Of a stretch of DNA of 11,037 nt, positions 7,612 through 11,037 are shown in pieces. The DNA is taken from the NCBI GenBank assembly GCA_965657355.1, contig CBFHOE010000013.1, positions 65,294 through 76,330 on the forward strand. Reading direction: 5' to 3'. Position 1 is the stretch's first letter. Each line of letters starts with the position of its first letter. The notes under the pieces are model-generated. The model made no database searches. It was not told the DNA's origin and saw nothing but the letters and a program-made list of their open reading frames with translations. This DNA comes from Limisphaerales bacterium (GTDB lineage Bacteria; Verrucomicrobiota; Verrucomicrobiia; Limisphaerales; JAJOIW01). A program made the translations under genes and the position numbers.

Positions 7612-9117
7612 ATGTCGAGACTAGTAATGAGCCAACAGCAAGATTCCGATATGTCATCAGCATTATTAAATTTTGATGACTACCTTACGGAGGAGATGTA
7701 CGATGAGATGTTTGAGAAAGATGATGTGACTCGCCCTCACTACCAGGCTTTAAAAGGGTTATTAGAGTCCCTTGAAAAAGATGAATTTGAAAACATGCGG
7801 AATTCCGCTGACCAATCACTTTTACGACAAGGAATAACTTTCACAGTCTATGATGATGTTGAAGGGACTGAAAAAATCTTCCCGGTTGATTTGATTCCCA
7901 GAATCATTACGGACAAAGAATGGAGACCAGTTGAAAAAGGGCTAAAGCAAAGGATCGTTGCACTTAATAAGTTTGTTCATGACGTTTACCACGAACAACA
8001 TATCATTAAGGATAAAATTATTCCCGAGGAATTTATCCTGGGTTGCAAACATTTCCGACCTGAAATCTCAGGTATTAAAATACCTAAGGATATCTACATC
8101 CACATATGTGGCTCTGACATGGTTAGGGATATAGATGGCCAGTACTATGTTCTTGAAGATAATGCTAGATCCCCGTCAGGAGTTTCCTACATGCTTGAGA
8201 ATAGACTACTGCTTAAGAAAGTACTCCCTGGTCTATTCTCAAAATATTCTGTTTCGAGTGTCGCCAGCTACCCGGAGAACTTACTGAACGTGCTGAAGTA
8301 TATTTCCCCCAACTACAGTGATGATGCTGTAGTGGCCATTTTAACCCCCGGTTCATGTAACAGTGCCTATTATGAACATTGCTTCCTCGCTCGCGAGATG
8401 GGGATTCAAATTGTTGAAGGTCGTGACCTCATTGTAGAAAACAGCTGTGTGTATATGAGAACCATCCATGGACTTAAAAAAGTGGATGTTCTCTATCGCC
8501 GAATTGATGATGATTTTCTCGACCCGAATGTTTTTCGAAAGGATTCCGTTCTAGGTGTCCCGGGTCTTGTTGATGCCCATTTCAGTGGCAATCTAGGTTT
8601 GGCCAATGGTATCGGCACAGGTGTGTGTGATGACAAACTCATTTACACCTTTGTGCCAGCAATGATTAAGTATTACTTAGACGAGGATCCTATACTTCCA
8701 AATGTAGACACCTTTCTTGCCAGTAATAAAACTGAGCTCAATCACATTCTTGAGAATTGTGAGAAGCTGGTCATAAAACCGGTTAACGAGTCCGGGGGGT
8801 ATGGTATTGTTATCGGTCCCAAGTCGACAAAAAGGGAAATTGATGAGTGCAAAAATTTGGTCAGAAATGATCCGAGAAATTATATTGCCCAACCACCGTT
8901 AAGCCTATCAAGGCATCCAACATATTGTGATGGTCATTTTGAAGGCAGGCATATTGACCTCAGGCCATACATATTATATGGAGAGGACATCCATGTCACC
9001 AAGGGAGGATTAACACGAGTCGCCTTAAAAAAAGGATCGTTGATAGTAAACTCATCTCAAGGTGGGGGTAGTAAAGACACATGGATTGTTTCAAAATCCT
9101 CAAACGCAAAAAGATAA
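7612..9117 (+). CDS. Circularly permuted ATP-grasp type 2 protein (DUF404/DUF407), stand-alone form, predicted active
   Basis: Motifs YDEM, GITFTVY, DLIPRII, GLKQR, VLEDNARSPSGVSYMLENR, LTPG-x-x-NSAYYEH, VDVLYRRIDDDFLDP, NGIGTGVCDDK, KPVNESGGYG, RHIDLRP, GGLTRVAL, VNSSQGGGSKDTW. Start ambiguous among ATG 7612, 7627 and 7651. Confidence 0.95.
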   Translation: MSRLVMSQQQDSDMSSALLNFDDYLTEEMYDEMFEKDDVTRPHYQALKGLLESLEKDEFENMRNSADQSLLRQGITFTVYDDVEGTEKIFPVDLIPRIITDKEWRPVEKGLKQRIVALNKFVHDVYHEQHIIKDKIIPEEFILGCKHFRPEISGIKIPKDIYIHICGSDMVRDIDGQYYVLEDNARSPSGVSYMLENRLLLKKVLPGLFSKYSVSSVASYPENLLNVLKYISPNYSDDAVVAILTPGSCNSAYYEHCFLAREMGIQIVEGRDLIVENSCVYMRTIHGLKKVDVLYRRIDDDFLDPNVFRKDSVLGVPGLVDAHFSGNLGLANGIGTGVCDDKLIYTFVPAMIKYYLDEDPILPNVDTFLASNKTELNHILENCEKLVIKPVNESGGYGIVIGPKSTKREIDECKNLVRNDPRNYIAQPPLSLSRHPTYCDGHFEGRHIDLRPYILYGEDIHVTKGGLTRVALKKGSLIVNSSQGGGSKDTWIVSKSSNAKR

Positions 9118-9126
9118 TAGATCATG

Positions 9127-9130
9127 GGAG
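9127..9130 (+). promoter_or_regulatory. Shine-Dalgarno site for alpha-E gene
   Basis: GGAG 8 nt upstream of ATG 9139. Confidence 0.6.
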
Positions 9131-9138
9131 AATTAAAT

Positions 9139-10125
9139 ATGCTTTGTAGGGTGGCTGATTCTATGTTTTGGATGAGTCGGTATTTAGAAAGAGCTGAGAA
9201 CACCTGTCAATTTGTTGATGTTCATTTACAGCTCTTGTTAGACTCAGGCAGTCATCAAGAAGAGGATCCATTTAAGTTTTGGAGTCCGGTTCTCTACTCT
9301 CTAGGCGAAGAGGAACAATTCGCCCAATCCTATGATGATTACACCCATGAGAATGTAACAAACTTTCTCACATTCTCCACAAAGAATCCCAGTTCAATTG
9401 TGAACTGTGTATTTTCTGCGAGGGAGAATGCCAGGATGATTCGAGACCAGATATCCACGGAAATGTTTGAGTTTATTAATAGGCTATATCTAAAATTGAG
9501 GCAGAATTCTTCCTCGGGTATTGGTCATAATCGGATTTACGATCATTTCTTACAAATCAGAGAAATGGTTTATCTCATCAATGGTTTTATAGGAACGACA
9601 GTGCCCCGATTGGTGGGATATGAATTCATTAAAGCTGGCCAGTATCTTGAGCGTGCAGACAAGACAGGAAGACTTATTCATAGCTGGGTCTATAAAACCG
9701 ACCAAGATAAAGGTAGCGAAGTGGAAAATGATGATTACCTACTCTCCATACTCCGATCATGTAATGCACTAAAGTTTTACCAACAAGAGTTTAAAAATAG
9801 AGTTCTTCCAAAAAACGTCATTCAGTTATTACTGCTTTCAAGAGCTTTCCCAAGGGCTGTCTTCTTTAGTTTACTCGAATTTCAAAAATCTATTCATTCC
9901 ATTTCCAAATGCCCAACCACGCATTACTCCAATGAGGTGGAAAGATTATCAGGCCTTCTCATATCGGAATTAAATTACCTTGTATTGAATGATGTTGTTA
10001 AATCAGGCATACACCCTTTTCTGGAAAAAGTTCACGAAAACATAGAGACAATTGCCGTAGAATTCAGTAAGCAATACATGTTCTTCCCCGTCATTGACCC
10101 GAGTTCAGAATCCCAGACTCAGTAA
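9139..10125 (+). CDS. Alpha-E domain protein (DUF403)
   Basis: MLCRVADSMFWMSRYLERAEN matches the family N-terminus; ARENARMIRDQIS, second ER motif GQYLERADKTGR, FPRAV. Start moved from 9124 to ATG 9139 because GGAG (9127-9130) lies 8 nt upstream and family members begin ML-x-RVA; gives 328 aa. Confidence 0.93.
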   Translation: MLCRVADSMFWMSRYLERAENTCQFVDVHLQLLLDSGSHQEEDPFKFWSPVLYSLGEEEQFAQSYDDYTHENVTNFLTFSTKNPSSIVNCVFSARENARMIRDQISTEMFEFINRLYLKLRQNSSSGIGHNRIYDHFLQIREMVYLINGFIGTTVPRLVGYEFIKAGQYLERADKTGRLIHSWVYKTDQDKGSEVENDDYLLSILRSCNALKFYQQEFKNRVLPKNVIQLLLLSRAFPRAVFFSLLEFQKSIHSISKCPTTHYSNEVERLSGLLISELNYLVLNDVVKSGIHPFLEKVHENIETIAVEFSKQYMFFPVIDPSSESQTQ

Positions 10126-10195
10126 AAAGGAAAACCGAGATATATTTTTTAGTTCCGGACTTTTGGGACATATTGAGAAAAATGCATTTATTCAT

Positions 10196-10200
10196 GAGGG
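10196..10200 (+). promoter_or_regulatory. Shine-Dalgarno site for second ATP-grasp gene
   Basis: GAGGG 6 nt upstream of GTG 10207. Confidence 0.55.
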
Positions 10201-10206
10201 TTTCTC

Positions 10207-11037
10207 GTGGCTGAGAAGATAAATAGACAGACTGAATTTGATGTTATCTCTTCAAATCAATATTCAGCATCTCCTGGTGACTTTGATGAATTCGTCACAG
10301 ATTCAGGACAAATAAAAGAGGCTTGGAAAAATATCTGGCCCAAGATTCATCAGGGGGATGTTTATTCCTTCCAAAAAAGACAAGTATTACTTGAAGATAT
10401 CATAAAAGACAATGGTATCACCTACAATATCCACAACCAAGGTGATGCAGGCAGTCGGCTGTGGATGATGGACCAATTGCCCATTGTTTTTAGTTCTTCT
10501 GAAATAGATTTTTTATATAAGGGACTTAAACAGAGACTCATCCTGCTCAATAAAATCATTAAAGATTTTTACGGTGAACAGAAGCTTTTAAAGAAAGGAA
10601 TCTACCCGGCTAAACTTCTTTTAGGCAGCCCATCGTTTTTGCGACCTTGCTGTAATATTCTCAATGAAGATCAAAGCCCGCTGCATTTTTATGCTACAGA
10701 TCTGGCGAGATCATCTTCAGGTGATTGGTGGGTCATGTCGGATCGAATTGATGCAGCTTCAGGTTTAGGATATGCGATGGAGAATCGATATGTCTCCGGG
10801 AGGGTCTTTTCTAATATTTTTTCCGAAGGAAATATTCTACCTATAAAAACTTTTCTTGAATCATTCAGATATTCACTGACGCGACATGCTCCTCAAGGGG
10901 TTAAATCACCACTGATTGTCGTTCTGACCCCCGGTCCGTTGAGTGAAACGTATTTCGAACATTCCTATCTTGCAAAAACAATGGGATTTGAGTTAGTCCA
11001 GGGCACTGATTTGACTGTTAGGAATCAAAAATTGTAT
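10207..11037 (+). CDS. Second circularly permuted ATP-grasp type 2 protein, long (usually alpha-E-fused) subtype; 3' truncated
   Basis: Not in the ORF track; translated by hand. GTG 10207 follows SD-like GAGGG (10196-10200) and an in-frame TGA at 10195; open for 277 codons to the edge. Motifs FDEF, NGITYNIH, WMMDQLP, GLKQR, DFYGEQKLL, YATDLARSSSGDWWVMSDRIDAASGLGYAMENR, LTPGPLSETYFEHSYLA, LVQGTDLTVR. The alpha-E fusion is inferred from the subtype (Rv2567-like) and lies outside the window. Confidence 0.9.
   Translation, partial: MAEKINRQTEFDVISSNQYSASPGDFDEFVTDSGQIKEAWKNIWPKIHQGDVYSFQKRQVLLEDIIKDNGITYNIHNQGDAGSRLWMMDQLPIVFSSSEIDFLYKGLKQRLILLNKIIKDFYGEQKLLKKGIYPAKLLLGSPSFLRPCCNILNEDQSPLHFYATDLARSSSGDWWVMSDRIDAASGLGYAMENRYVSGRVFSNIFSEGNILPIKTFLESFRYSLTRHAPQGVKSPLIVVLTPGPLSETYFEHSYLAKTMGFELVQGTDLTVRNQKLY

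Noticed and set aside
4192..8892. Short ORFs within the ligase genes (4192-4512, 4941-5162, 5183-5389, 5378-5644, 5622-5819, 5873-6082, 7062-7253, 7198-7497, 8677-8892)
   Set aside because: Fully overlap long conserved CDSs on the opposite strand or another frame; no independent evidence.
9124..9138. ORF-track start of the alpha-E gene at 9124
   Set aside because: This stretch contains the SD for ATG 9139, which matches the family N-terminus.
10152..10169. Small hairpin GTTCCGG-actt-TTGGGAC after the alpha-E gene as a terminator
   Set aside because: Three of seven pairs are G-U and no U-tract follows.
1..11037. CRISPR array, tRNA/rRNA, IS element, stop-codon reassignment
   Set aside because: No regularly spaced repeats, RNA-gene signatures or transposase motifs seen; all conserved genes read through under the standard code.

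Overview
Bacterial DNA, moderately AT-rich, with two divergent operons separated by an ~890 bp spacer. Left (minus strand): an ABC-2/DrrAB-type exporter made of an ATPase (2288-~3277) and two translationally coupled permeases (975-2285 and <1-978, the second running off the window edge and missing from the ORF track). Right (plus strand): a predicted peptide-ligase/peptide-tagging operon made of a 1142 aa transglutaminase-like + DUF2126 (putative COOH-NH2 ligase) fusion, an apparently active circularly permuted ATP-grasp type 2 enzyme, an alpha-E (DUF403) protein, and a second circularly permuted ATP-grasp paralog (10207->11037, truncated, missing from the ORF track) whose metal-binding ExN motif is replaced by SxR. 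These families were predicted by comparative genomics to form a peptide synthesis/protein modification system; to my knowledge its substrate and product are not established. No rRNA, tRNA, CRISPR array or mobile element is visible. Family calls come from motif recognition by eye, not from database searches.
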